Below, piece after piece: positions 1 through 13,959 of a DNA stretch of 64,000 bases; positions within the stretch are counted from its first letter, which is position 1, and every line of letters begins with the position of its first letter. The position numbers and the translations under genes were made by a program. The stretch lies in assembly GCF_009914755.1 (NCBI RefSeq), contig NC_060932.1, one strand, 5' to 3'. The DNA is from the human T2T-CHM13v2.0 reference genome, Homo sapiens. The notes below the pieces were generated by a model. It had not been told where the DNA came from, did not search any database, and saw nothing but the letters and a program-made list of their open reading frames with translations.

Positions 1-321
1 TTTGACTAATATCCTAGTGTAGCAAGCACTATGTAACCACTCTAACAAAATTAATCACAACTTCAATAACTGACAGAAAGTAATTGGATTAACATAAGGT
101 ATTAATAGATGTTACTTGTAACTTTACTAAGTCAGACAAAAATAAGTTCTAGTGGTTTTCTTTTTCTTTTTTGTTTTGTTTCCCAGATTTACTAGGTGTT
201 GTTTTTGATGACTGTATACTGCAAAAATTCCGCATTTGGAGTGAAAAACCTGGGATTCAATTCTGATTCCACTGCTTACTAATCTAACAGTGCTAGGCAA
301 GTTACTTAACAGTAAAACTTT

Positions 322-720
322 GGATATATATATTTTTATATATATCCAATAAATATATATATTTATATCTGTGTACTAATATATATGTGTGTGAACAACA
401 TATATATATATATATCGCCAAAGCTTGACTATATTCAAATATATTTATATTTATATATACACCTATAAGATTTATGGTATTTCAAATATATATAATTTGA
501 TGTAATATATAGTACAGTTAGTATAAAGTATATGTGTGTGTGTTTCTATATATGTATGTAAATAAACATATACAAAACCAAAGCTCTTTTATTGGGTAAG
601 AAAAATAGAAAGATATAGACAGGTAGATACAGAGACAGATATAAAGATACAAGCACATCCTTTCTGTGTATCTATGTATATGTGTGTATGCATGTGTATC
701 TATATCTGTATCTATGCTGT
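322..720. repeat. AT-rich (TA)n/(TATG)n low-complexity tract
   Basis: Degenerate TATA/TGTA runs visible directly. Confidence 0.8.
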
Positions 721-868
721 ATGCCACACCGACCTCACAGTGTACTTACAGAAACCAAATGAGATATATATGAAAGATCAGAATAGTAATACAGTAACTA
801 TAATTAATAAGAATAATACAACAATTAACTTCTTTTGAGTATACTCAACTCAGAACAGTACTGCAAGG

Positions 869-986
869 GGCCAGGCACAGTGGCTTAAGCCTGTAATCCC
901 AGCACTTTGGGAGGCCGAGGGGGGCGGATCACCTGAGGTCAAGAGTTTGAAAACAGCCTGGCCAACATGGCGAAACCCCATCTCTA

Positions 987-1053
<67 letters not shown>

Positions 1054-1230
1054 TTAGCTGGGCGTGGTGGTTCATGCCTGTAATTCCAGCTACTCAAGAG
1101 GCTGAGGCAGGAGAATCGCTTGAATTCAGGAGGCAGAGGTTGCAGAGGGCCGAGATCGCGCCACTGCACTCCATCCTGGGCGACAGAGCCAGACTCCATC
1201 TCAAAACAAAACAAACAAACAAACAAAAAA
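869..1230 (+). mobile_element. AluS-type SINE with (AC)n expanded in the central linker and (AAAC)n tail
   Basis: Starts GGCCAGGCACAGTGGCT; both monomers present; degenerate TSD AGAACAGTACTGCA / AGGACAATACTGCA. Confidence 0.95.
993..1050. repeat. (AC)29 perfect microsatellite
   Basis: Uninterrupted AC dinucleotide run of 58 bp. Confidence 0.97.
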
Positions 1231-2554
1231 GGACAATACTGCAGTGACTGGGTGGAGATGCTTAATATTTTGCGACTTTTAATAATCAAGTATTAGATGC
1301 AAACCAGAAGGACCCAGGGGAAAGAGTTAAGTCAAGACAACTTCCCAGCACCTGATACCATCCTTCAATCCCTCCAGAAGGTAGATAAAATTTAGGATAT
1401 ACACTTGACGTAGTCTAAATCTTAACTGCTTTCCACTAGTCCCAAACAGATAGGCCTGGCCTCATCTCAGTTATTGACACTAAAGACATATATAGCTGGA
1501 AAGGAAAATGAACTATGTCATGAATGGCATATAATGTGTATTGGACTCACTAGCGAAGGATCAGGCATAGACACACATAATTCACAGTCAAAACCCAAAT
1601 GGCTAAGCTTCCACATGAAAAAAGTCACACTGGCTTGTTATTACAGCCAGTGGTGAAAGATAGATAGATAGATGGCTATAAGTAACAAGAACCTAGAAGG
1701 GATTGTGTCACCTGTCCTATCACGCATTCCCACAGTAGAAATCACTAATCAATTATGGAACTCCACTGAAACTGGGCTAAATCTCAAGAGTCTTTGACAC
1801 GGTAATTCAGGCACTTGATACCAATGACTGAAGTTCCAAGGGGAGATTAAACCTGTTTGCTACCTTATGTAGTGTGTGAAACCTAGTAACAACGACTGAG
1901 CAGTCTGTGTGGTTCTAATGCTTCAAAAACTTGCCTTTTCAAGGTGTATGGCATCCTGAAGCCAATGCCACATCACCTTGGACTAGGTATATCCCAAGGT
2001 CTCTCAGTGCAATGGGGAGAGCCCATTGCCATATTATTAACTAATTCTCTCTAAAATGCAGCTTACTAGTTGGAAAGGTCTTCCGTGTAAAAGACTGTAG
2101 TTTACACCCTTATGTGGTCCAAGCACCAAAATCAATAATCTGTAAATGTTTGTTTAAACAATAATAATGAGAATCAGGGAATGACAGAGCTGGGAGAGCA
2201 TGATGACCATTTGGTGGAATAATCTGAGGATCAGGATGCCTTTGAGAATTTGATAAAAGCTAAGGAAGGGCCTTCTTCCGGACACACATCCACGTGAACA
2301 CTAGTTGGGCGAGTTGACCTCCCCCAACTCCTCCTGACAGCTACGTAACAGATAAGTAAAAAAAAGTATGGGAAAGTAGCTGGCCGTAGGTCGCAGTGGC
2401 AAAGCCAAAAGACAACAGTCCCAGACCAAACCTACGCGTCCCCATACCCGCGCTCAGCAGAGTAAGTGTGAGCCACGCGATCCAGCAGTGGGCTTCGTGC
2501 ACTGCTCGGACACGGCACACTCGAACACCAAAATGAACACTGCAAGGTACGTTT

Positions 2555-2820
2555 TCAGGAATTGCATGGCTTCCTTCCAAGGAGACCACACGTCATTTCA
2601 AAAGCTCACGGCCAAAAAAAACCCGCACCAACCGATCTCACTGCAGCCCCAGAAGAAACGCTCCCACCCCGCTCCTCAGGCCCTGCCTCAGGAATTGCAT
2701 GGCTTCCTTCCAAGGAGACCACACGTCATTTCAAAAGCTCACGGCCAAAAAAAACCCGCACCAACCGATCTCACTGCAGCCCCAGAAGAAACGCTCCCAC
2801 CCCGCTCCTCAGGCCCTGCC
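2555..2820. repeat. Perfect tandem duplication, 2 x 133 bp
   Basis: 2555-2687 identical to 2688-2820 (TCAGGAATTGCATGG...AGGCCCTGCC). Confidence 0.97.
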
Positions 2821-2922
2821 CAGCCTTGTGGCCTCCCTTCACCCGCCGCCACCATCCGCGGAGCCAAAGCGGAGCCCTGGTCTCCCGCGGCCGGGGATGG
2901 GGGCTGGAAGCTCCCGGATCAC

Positions 2923-2977
2923 CTCGCTGCCGGCAATGCTCCACCTGGCAGTGCTGCCCGATGTCCAACTCCGCCAT
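2923..2977 (-). CDS. ZFAND1: ZFAND1 (AN1-type zinc finger protein 1) coding exon 1; remaining exons lie left of the window
   Basis: Translates MAELDIGQHCQVEHCRQR (ZFAND1 N-terminus, start of first AN1 finger); 55 nt, phase-1 donor GAG|GTGATC at 2922. Confidence 0.93.
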
Positions 2978-3217
2978 CTCTCCGGCGCCGTAAGGGGCGG
3001 GGCAAAGCCTGAGGGGCGGGGCAATGAGCGCGCGCGGCGCCTGACGGGAGAGTGGCGGACCCAGAGGCGGAGTCTACAGGTGGGGGCGGGGCCTGGAAAC
3101 CAGCTGTGCGATTTGTCCTAGGTGCATTCGCCGTGACCAGGAAAGGCCACTGTTCTGTGAGTGTTCTTCTCGGAGCGGAAGGCCTCTCGCCTAGTCCTTA
3201 AAGAAATACCCACCTGC

Positions 3218-3523
<306 letters not shown>

Positions 3524-5095
3524 AAAGAAATGTCCACCTGCCTTTCTGGACGACTGCTTACCGCGGTTCCCTGCATACGGCCACGAAAATCAGCAACGGC
3601 TTCACATTTATTTTTTTAAAAGTTAGTAGAACTCCAGGAACCAGAACAGTGCCGGGCACACAGTGTTGCAATAATCAAGCAAAAGAGACAGACATGGGTT
3701 ATTCAATTCCTGAGCCATCCCTCAACCAGTGTTACTTGATTATGTAGTGTAACATACATGCCCCTTGCAAAACAGTCATCAGGCTTTTTAAAAAGTTAAT
3801 ATTTCTTTATCTTTGTCCTTTTTTTTTTTTTTTTTAAATTCTGGTAGGGGGAAAAAAAAAGTCTTAACCCCTGAGCCCCTGAATGTGTACTGAACCTTAC
3901 AGAGTTCCTCAGAGAACCCAGACTCATTTAGCACAACTACCTGAAGAAAGCTTATGGGATTCCACTGGGATGTAGGGGAGTATCAGGTGCCTGGTGAGCC
4001 ACTGCAAAGGTACTGAAGGAGAGGTACTTCTGGGTGGGGTACATATGAATGCCATTCCACCAACGTGATGCCAGGCACCATTCAGCGTGGATGGGTGACA
4101 ATCACCTGCACTCCTGACAGGAACTAGAAAAGTATTCGATGCCTCCTATATACCTTTGGAGATTCCCAATCAATAATCACTGAGGAAGGGCGAAGGGTGA
4201 CACTAGGAAAGGGGAATCATTTCTTCTGCATTTGCTCTTGAGCCAATCTATTTAAGATTTCCGTCTCAGAATTGCTTGAGTCTCTGGAGAAACTTTATAA
4301 GATGTCATCTGGCTATCCCAGCCTCCATAGCTTTTCTTTTATTAAGATGAGAAAACCAGTTCATAGACATTAAATGATTGGCTCACATTAGTGGATGAAC
4401 CAGGACAAAAAATGCAAGTACTAAAGACTTTTGGTATTCTTGGATCTAGGGATCAGTGGCTTACCTAGATTTTATGTTTAAGTTGATCAGATCAATCAAT
4501 AACAGGTTTCCTGGAATTTTACTAGGTGTTTGGAATGTTCTAGATAGGTGGCAAATATATGTTTTATCAGTCCAATTATTATGGATATGTTTTTATTTTT
4601 TCAGTTATTGGACACCTCATAGAACATCAGATGATTAGCGTAGCCAAGATTGCAGTTGCTACCTCTGCTTTCTCTATTTAGTCTCCTTTGCTGATTTCTT
4701 CTCTAGGTGCTGCTTAAACACATCTATTTCACTATGTTTATGTCTTTGGTCCATTTATCAATTTACATCCTCATGCAAGTGAAATTCCCATGGCTTCCAT
4801 ATTAAAGACTCTCATACCCATATTCTCAGCCCTGAGAACACTTTACCAAACATGAAGTAACTATTTCCAACTGTCTGATAGATCTATCTATGTGCATTCA
4901 TTTGTCATGGTGTCTTAAGCCCAAAATGGGATAATTTCCTACCATATCATCCCCTTTCTAACAAAGGCAGCCTGCCACATACTTGTTTCATTCAACCAAT
5001 CAATCAATCTTGGATTTATTCTCCACCTCTCCTTTCTTACTTCTCATGGAAGTAGCCATTAAACACTGTCAATTCTCCCTCAGAAATGTCTCTTA

Positions 5096-5373
5096 GGCCG
5101 GGCGCGGTGGCTCACACCTGTAATCCCAGCACTTTGGGAGGCTGAGGCGGGTGGATCACCTGAGGTCGGGAGTTCAAGATCAGCCCGACCAACATTGAGA
5201 AACCCCGTTTCTACTAAAAATACAAAAATTAGCCAGGCGTGGTGGCACGTGCTTGAATTCCCAGCTACTCAGGAGGCAGAGGCACGAGAATCGCTTGAAC
5301 CTGAGGAGGTTGCAATGAGCCGAGGTAAAGCCATTGCACTCCAGCCTGGGCAACAAGAGAGAAACTCCATCTC

Positions 5374-5399
<26 letters not shown>
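5096..5399 (+). mobile_element. AluS
   Basis: GGCCGGGCGCGGTGGCTCAC start, long poly(A) tail. Confidence 0.95.
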
Positions 5400-5404
<5 letters not shown>

Positions 5405-5749
5405 TAGTCTCTGTAGTTATCCTCAGTGACTGTGACCACCCTTTAAAAAAAAGTTATGATTGCTGAAGAATAACATTTAAAAATTAAAATTAAGAGGGGA
5501 AAAATGCCTCATGTGTTGTCATACATTTGAAAAGAAGGCCGTGATGTTTATATTAAAATTCCATATTATAGTGATCATTCACTATAAGTTATATTATTAT
5601 GTATAGATTTTAAATCTCTCATATGAAAAATTTCTGCTAAATATAATACTAATAAATGTGGATAAAATAGAACATAGTTGTTAATTGAGGTTATTATCCC
5701 TTAATATGAATATTTACAAAGTGTTATGAACTAGCAGGTGTGACTTTGA

Positions 5750-6202
5750 ATTATGGGTCAGCAAATATCTCTCTTTCCATCCCATTGAGGGCAGAGTGTA
5801 CTTTACCACCTCCTTAATTTTGAGCTTGGCCATGTAACTTTCCTTGGCCTATAGAACATTGGCCAATTTGACCCAGGTAGAGGCCTTACATGAGGTTTGG
5901 CTTGGCCCTTGTGCTCTAGTGCTCCATCATGAGAGGAACATGGGGCAAGTAGCTACTGCTCTTCAATCTGGGCCCTAGAATGAACACATGTGGAATACAC
6001 CTGAACCCAGCCCACAGACTGGAAGTAAATTCAGTCAATCCAGACTGAAGAAGAGCTACCAAGCCAAGTCTTTTCTAGCCCAGTGAGATCTCATTAGACC
6101 TGCAGGTCTGTGAGCATGAATATAAATCCTTTTGTTGTATGTCCTGAGGTTTCGGGATGTTTTGTTACACAGCATCATCATGGCAATATCTGACTAATAT
6201 AC
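5750..6202 (+). mobile_element. Old MaLR LTR (MLT1-family)
   Basis: MLT1-like motifs (GAGCTTGGCCATGTAACTT; ATAAAT..TTGTTGT..GTTTTGTTACACAGCA..CTGACTAATATACA end). Confidence 0.65.
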
Positions 6203-6691
6203 AAGCAATGAATAAAACAAATAAAAAGTGAGATATTCCATAGTTCACATGACAGAATCATTTTTCCTTTCTGGATATGAGTATATCTTGCATATCATAT
6301 TCAAAATCGAATCTAAATTCAAACTTTAATAATAACAGCTGCAATTCTTATTATTACTTACTATGTACCAGGCACTTAAAAGGATTATTTTATTTAATCT
6401 TCACAACAACACTTTTAGATACTATTATCCCCATTCTATAGAATGGCTTATAAAAATGACTCAGCTCCTGGCTCCCTCCCACATCTAAAACTACTCTCTC
6501 CTTTCATGTCCCCACTGACCTCTTAATTATTTGGACTTACCAGTTGTCCCCCTGCCCAACCTCAGGGACCAGTCTATAGTCTAGAATGCTTTCTTCTTTC
6601 CCCACATTTGCCTGGTTATCTCCTCCTCATCCTTCAGCTCTCAAAAGAGGTATCTAGGATCTGCCCCAAATTGGATCAGGTCCTTTGTTCT

Positions 6692-7509
6692 ATGTACTGA
6701 TTTCTTATTGTTGCTTTAACAAATTAGCATCAATCTAGTGGCTTAAAACAACACAAATTTAGGCTGGGTGCAGTGGCTCATGCCTGTAATCCCAGCACTT
6801 TGGGAAGTAGAGGCGGGCTTATCACCTGAGGTCAGGAGTTCAAGACCAGCCCGGCCAACATGGTGAAACCCTGTCTCTACTAAAATACAAAAAAAATTAG
6901 CCAGGCATGATGGCGAGTGCCTGTAATCCCAGCTACTCAGGAGGCTGACATGGGAGAATCGCTTGAACCCAGGAGGTGGAGGTTGCAGTGAGCCGAGATC
7001 ATGACATTGCAGTCCAGCCTGGTCTAAAGAGAGAGACTCAAAACAAAAAACAAACAAAACAAAACAAAACAAAAACCAGAAATATTATCTTAAAATTCTG
7101 GAGGTCAGAAGTCCTAAAATCAATGTATTGATGGGGCTGCATCCCTTCTGAGGGCTCTGGGCAGGATCAAATTCCTTGTCTTTTCCAGCTTCTAAAGGTT
7201 GCCCAAATTCCTTGGCTCATGATTCCTTTCTCAGTCTTCAAAACCAGAAAGTGGCATCCTCAAATCTCTTCCTCACCAAACCCTTACCATTTCTCCTTTT
7301 GCCACATCTGTCTCTAACCCTTCTGCCTTCCTCTCTTAAGGACCCTCGTGATCACATTGGGCCCACCTAGACATTTCAAGATAATCTCATTTGATGAGCC
7401 TTAACTTAATCACACCTACAGAGTCCTTTTTGCCATGTAAGGTGACAGAGTCACAGGTTCATGGATTATAATGTATATAACTTTGAGGGCCATTGTTTTA
7501 ACTACCACA
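6692..7509 (-). mobile_element. MaLR LTR (MLT1C/D-like) interrupted by an Alu
   Basis: AGTGGCTTAAAACAACACAAATTTA...TTCTGGAGGTCAGAAGTCC...GCCATGTAAGGTGAC...ACTACCACA. Confidence 0.75.
6762..7075 (+). mobile_element. AluS nested in MLT1 LTR
   Basis: Alu consensus with (AAAAC)n tail. Confidence 0.95.
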
Positions 7510-8406
7510 GTATACATTCTCATATTTCTCATAGTATTTCCATAACATTTATCACAATTTCTGAGTTTATTTTTGCATGATTATTGATTAATATCTGTCT
7601 CCTCTTTGTCACTTGAGAACAAAGACTGTGTCTTATTCATTATATCTCCATCTCATTGCTCAATGCTTGGCACATGGTAAAACCTCAAAAAATATCTGTC
7701 CACTGAATCAATGAATGAACAAGTCAACACTGATATACAACTGCCCCCAATGTTGTTATACTTTCAATCGGTATTAATAAAAATATAAAATTCAGAATAA
7801 AGAACATGAACATGGTAGTTTGTTCACTATGGTTGGCCACTCAAAACCACTGGGAATATTTTGCTTGGTTCTGAGAACCATACTTCAAATGTGAAAGAGG
7901 CAAATTGAGGCATATATTTAAAAGAAGGCAGCAGGATGGCGAAGGAACTAAAAACTATTATGTAAAACTGAGAGTTTATAATGTTTACCGCTGAAGCAGT
8001 AGAGATAAATAAGGGTGTCAAGCAAAGGAAAACCTATCATCAAAACTATAATCCCTACTATTATCATGGCGGCAGTTGGGTGGGTGAGTTTTGAAAAGCA
8101 TTATTTTTTTTAAGCAATAGTTTGCCTTAGCAGGTAACTTTGTAACATTTTCTCAGGTAATTATTCTTTAGAGAGACAAATTTACTAGTCCTGATAAGCA
8201 TACATAAAATTATTTTGAAATGATGGCTTAAATTGCATTTTGGCACTAATGGGATATTCAAGATAATTAATCTAACTATAGAAAAAAATTCTGATGTTGC
8301 AACAACACCCACTATTAACATTACTCCTTAAAATCCTCAGCAATGAAAAGAATCAAATATTTTAAAATATGAACTAGCTTCTAGAGGGTATATTTCCTTC
8401 TTCTTC

Positions 8407-8730
8407 TTTTTTTTTTTTTTTTTTTGAGATAGAGTCTTACTGTGTCGTCCAAGATGGAGTGCAGTGGCACGATCTTGGCTCACTGCAACCTCTGCCTCCC
8501 GGGTTCAGGTGATTCTCTTGCCTCAGCCTCCCTTCTCCTGCCTCAGCCTCCCGAGTAACTGGGACTACAGGTTCGTGCCACCACGCCCAGCTAATTTTTT
8601 TTGTATTTTTGGTAGAGATGGGGTTTCTCCATGTTGGCCAGGCTGCTCTCAAACTCCTGACCTCAGGTGATCCACCTGCCTCGGCCTCCCGAAGTGCTGG
8701 GATTACAGGTGTGAGCCATCTCTCCCAGCC
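8407..8730 (-). mobile_element. AluS with internal 20-bp duplication
   Basis: poly(T) then reverse Alu; TSD TAGAG(G/A)GTA(T/A)ATTTC; TTCTC(T/C)TGCCTCAGCCTCCC repeated at 8513-8552. Confidence 0.95.
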
Positions 8731-9019
8731 TAGAGAGTAAATTTCTTATAAGAGGAAGTGATCACCTCCTTCTCTAATGCTAGGTGCAATATCTGTCCAA
8801 AGTTTTTTGGTTTTCTGTGGGGTTTTTGCCCAAAATAAGGTGGGCCAGACACTTTGTGAGAGTCTTTGCATACTGGTTCTAAGATTTGATGCTTAGAACT
8901 ATAGGTGTCTTTTTTGTATTATCGGAATAACACAGATTCTTGGATCTAGGAAATGTGTTTCCAAATATTTTCATATGCTGTACAATCATTTGGATATTTT
9001 ATCACTTATGTTGTATTTC

Positions 9020-9860
9020 TTTATTCATTCATTTATTCAACAAATATTGATAGAGTGTCTACAATGTGCCAGGCTCTGTTATAGGAACTGGGAAAATACT
9101 GGTGAAAATAAAACAAATAAAAATTCCTCCCCTCAGGGCCAGGATTCTAGGGGTGGTGGGGAAGCAATGGAAAATAAAAATTTAAAAATGTGAAACAGTG
9201 TAAGATAGTTAGTGGTAAGTACTATGGAGAAAAATAAAGCTGAGAAAGAGGATTAGAGTTCTTTTGCGGTACAGAAGTGAGACAATAGGGTTGCAGTTTC
9301 TGATATGGTGGTACAAAAATGTGATAAAGATCTAAAGAAGGTGAAGAAGTGAATGAAATGGGTGTCTGGTGGCAGGTTTCTAGGCAGAGGAGCAGCCTGT
9401 GCAATGAGAGTATGCTTGGTATACTCCAGCCAAAGTGAGGACACCAGTGTGGCTGGAGCAGAGTGGATGGGGATGTATGGAAAGGGAGACACAGGTGAAG
9501 TAAACTTAGGAGTCAGTATTATTTCATGTAGGGGCTTGAAGACATTTGTGAAGACCTTCGCTTATAATTGGAGTAAGGTGGGAAGTCACTGGAGGTTTTT
9601 GTCTCAGTCTCCATCTGTTTGCTATGTAGGGAGACTGTAATAGGGTCAAGGTGTTTGTAGGATAGTCAGAAGTCTAGTGGGATAATCTGGGTGAGAGATG
9701 ACAGTGGTTTGAAGCATGGTGTTAGTTATATTGGTGGTGGCTAGCAGTCAGGTTTCCATCATAGTTAGAACTTACGGGATCTGCTGATGGATGGGATGTG
9801 GGTCAAGGTTGACTCCAAGGTTTTTGGCCTGAGAAAAAGGAAGCCTGGAGTTATTAACTA
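9020..9860. mobile_element. L2 LINE fragment
   Basis: TTCATTCATTTATTCAACAAATATTGA..TGTGCCAGGC terminus and degenerate L2 body. Confidence 0.6.
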
Positions 9861-10074
9861 AGAGGTAGAGGAGCAGGATTGGAGAGATTAGGTGTATTTC
9901 TTGATTAGGTACAAATCTCATGTGATTGTACTCCGGTATAGTGAAACTCTAGAGGTAAAGGAAAGTTTAGAAATCAACTTTAAGTAGGTAATGCAATAAG
10001 AGTAACATTGAGGTAGGGGGCTATATTTCACTTTAGATCCATTAAATGAAATGGTTTACATTTAAGTCTGATGA

Positions 10075-10447
<373 letters not shown>

Positions 10448-13400
10448 TAAAGAGCTATGCAGGCAAAACCCAGTCATAGGCACCATCCATCTTCATTATG
10501 AACTAGGGTAATCAAACTTTTAATTTTGCAAAATTATAATTTTTTAAATCATAGCTACTTTTGTACTCAAGTGTGATTGAGTATTATATACGATGGATAT
10601 TTGGTTCTAAGAAACAGAACTGCTGATAAAAAGAATCTGTACATGCTTGTTGAGCTGCTTAATAAATAACTATTTGATGATGAATTCTGCAGTATGTTTA
10701 AAGAACAATCCTTCTTCTGTTGCCTTAGAGAGTTCATTTGGCATTGTAAAAGTGGACGTAATTTCAAGGGGTGGCCAAAATGTATCAATTAGCCTGACAA
10801 CTAGGTCTTTTTAACAGATCTATAAATTTCAGTTTCCTTTGCCCTGTTAATCATGGTAAATTATCCTGAACAAGATCATTCTTTTGAACAACAGCCTCTT
10901 ATTAGCTGAGATCAATTGAGATCAGAAAATGAAAAATACACTAGATGCTAAGAACTCTTTGTGAAACCACATTTGTAGGATGAGAACTGAATGAAGATTA
11001 ATGTGTTATTTTTGGCTTCTAAATCAGTGATTTAAAAACTTATTTTCTACATCCTGCTGCTGGATTAAACACTAATATATATTTGGTTGGTTTACTTGCT
11101 TGCAAGTATTATCTTTTCCTCTTTGAGCTTATGTATTAATGGAAGGAAATGATTTTTAATTTAAATGTATCTTGCTTTGCACACCACATGTGTTTCTGAA
11201 AGAGCTACACATTAAATTGGTTAAATTGATTATTTTTTCCTATGGAATTACAAATTAATGACTAGCTTCTTTGTTTTAATGTCTGATTGATTTTCATTTG
11301 CTTTTTCAATAAAATGCGGATCCTTAGCACATCATGTGGACCTTATGTAATCTGGACTCTGTCTACCTTTGTAGGCGACCTCACCACACTCTCCTACTCT
11401 CCTCTTCTGTCTCCAAGCGCCAGCGACAGTGACCTTTTCTCAACCCCTAGTACTTCAAACTCAAGATTTTTGCACATATTGTTTAAAATTTTAATTCTCC
11501 AACATTCTTTGCCTTGTTTTTTAAAATATAGTACACATAGTACATTGCTATCTTAATTGTCCATCTTCCCTTAGCTAGAAAGTAGGCTCCAAAAATGAAT
11601 GTATTTTTGTCTTTTTATTCACTGCTGAATCTCTACATCTAAAAGTGATGAATAAATGAATAAATAAATTGGTAAATGAATAAGGAATTCCTTATAATGG
11701 AATACAAATTTCCCTTCCCTAAAACCAGGTAGCTTCTATTCATCATTCAAATTCTAGCTTAAATATCACTTTTTCAGGCCACTCTGACCCCAAGACAAGG
11801 TCAAGTTCCTCTACTATTTATTCTTATAGATCCTGTACTTCTCTATATAATTTATTAGAACCCCAACTTATGAAGTTTATTGTTTGTGAGATAATTTGCT
11901 TAATTTCTGTGTTCTCCCCTAAGCTGTAAGCTCTGTTGGAACAGACAATGTTTCTTACTCTTACCTGTATCCCCAACACTAGCACAATGCCTGGATCATA
12001 GAGACACCTAATAAGCATCAGTTGAATGAAACCATGGATGTGTGGATTAGGCAATTCCTCAGTTATAACTTTGTCTCTCTGTTCTACTGTCCAATGTTCT
12101 CACAACAAAAAAAGTAACTAACGAACCCCAAAGAATGCCTTAGTATTCTGGATAAGTTCTTATTTAAATGCACTCCTCCATGAATTCAATAATGCTTGGA
12201 GGATCCCTTAAAGATAATGCCTAATAATTACCTCTTCACCCCATGCTATTTAATTAAACAAATACTTAATGAGTTTTTCCTCTAGTCCAAGTTGCACAGA
12301 GGGAAATACCATCATGTAAATAGTGAAAAGACCATGCGTTTTCAAACAGAAAGATCTCTTTCACTTTTGCTGCCTGTTAAATTTGGTTAAGTTATCAACT
12401 GAGCCTTGGGTTCTTCTTCTGTCTAACAGAAACAGCAATACCTATTTTGCAGGGTTTATGTAAGGATTAGTGATAAGCATATATTTATTGATAAGCCTGA
12501 CACATAGTCAGTGCTCAAAAGATGGTAGCTGTTATTACTGTCACTGGAAGGTAAGCTCTTAGAGGGCAGACTATACTTGCATTCCCTGTACCTTACACTC
12601 AATAAAGGCTAGTTAAACTGAAAAGCAACGGGAACAATAGCAGAATATGTGCTACTTCTCAACTCTCAAGGGCCTTAAAAATCTAATCAAGAAAATACAC
12701 TCCAAAACTTATTCATGAAATATTTAGATAATAAAGAAAAACAATACTTACGACAACTTATACATGAAATTAGAGCAAAATGTGTGTTATAGACCATACA
12801 TGCTTTACATGGCCAGCCAGGAAATGATAGGAGGTGGCTGGCTGCAGTTACTGTGAAATGATAAGTTCACATGTTTGTGTGTTAGAAGATGCTTACTGTA
12901 AGCCTCCTATGGAAGTGTTCAATTTCTTTGGCAAAATTTTATGCTATCTATGCCAATGTTGGATAAATAGATTAACTTGCTGCTTTGTGTTTGTATGCTT
13001 GCAGACAAAATTGTGTTATTGATCTTGGGTATCAAGGTGAATTTGTCAGAGTAATGGGTGTTTTTTTTTTTTTTTTTTTCTCTTAAACAGTGGCTGGCTA
13101 ACAATCAAAAATAGGTTTTGGTAATGTTGGGTAACGTTGCTCAAATACGGCTATATTATGCAGAGCACATGGCAATCGTTGAAGAGTAAAACACAGATAA
13201 TTCCACTTCTTTGTAGTGTGCTTGACACAGGTTTGCAGCAGTATTGCATCATCTATAAGCATTACTTATGGCTGTCCTTTCATCTTACTAAATTATTTGC
13301 CAGCAGATCTAATAGATGGGCTGAGATAGTGAGCATGAACAAAAGAATGTTTCTCTTCTCCAGGATATTCTCTACTTTTTGTTACTTAAGTATCTATGTA

Positions 13401-13657
13401 ATAGCATTTGACATACAGCCAAACACAAGGGCAGCCCCATTTAAGGTTTTTGATACACTGAGGATCATTCAGAAAACTTCGGATTCCTAGTTATAGAGTT
13501 GAATCCAACCACCAACACACTCCAGAAGTCCTGACATTAGGAAAAGAGATGGCCACCATCTTTCACCCACTTCAAGTCCTGTAAGGATGATCTAGAATCT
13601 ACACTGTGCCAACTAGCATCCAGGCACACATCAACCTGCCCGGACTACCAAATGCAG

Positions 13658-13695
13658 AAACAAGCCCAGTAGCAGCAGCTGCTCCGAGCTTGCCC
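13658..13695. promoter_or_regulatory. CHMP4C: p53 response element upstream of CHMP4C
   Basis: Two perfect RRRCWWGYYY half-sites, AAACAAGCCC (13658-13667) and GAGCTTGCCC (13686-13695), 18-bp spacer; CHMP4C is a known p53-inducible gene. Confidence 0.75.
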
Positions 13696-13959
13696 ACACA
13701 CCTGCATCCTAGTGGCAGACAAATATCCTGGAAGCCTTTGTGTCCACACACTCATACCTACATGACATACACTTAGAGGAAAAGATCTGAATATTCTTAT
13801 TCACAAGAACAGAGGCCTGAATACAGGAACACTATGCTCACGTACACACAAAAGACACGCATGGAATAAAGCATTTTGCATATCCAGTCTTGCGCACTTA
13901 CACTTTCAGGTCCTGCACAAGACCCCTGGACATCGGTTTGCTTTTCTTTGAGCCATTCA

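Noticed and set aside
2488-3121. Three overlapping 140-174 aa plus-strand ORFs with repeated peptides
   Set aside because: Artefact of the 133-bp duplication (frame-rotating) in GC-rich DNA antisense to ZFAND1; no recognisable domain.
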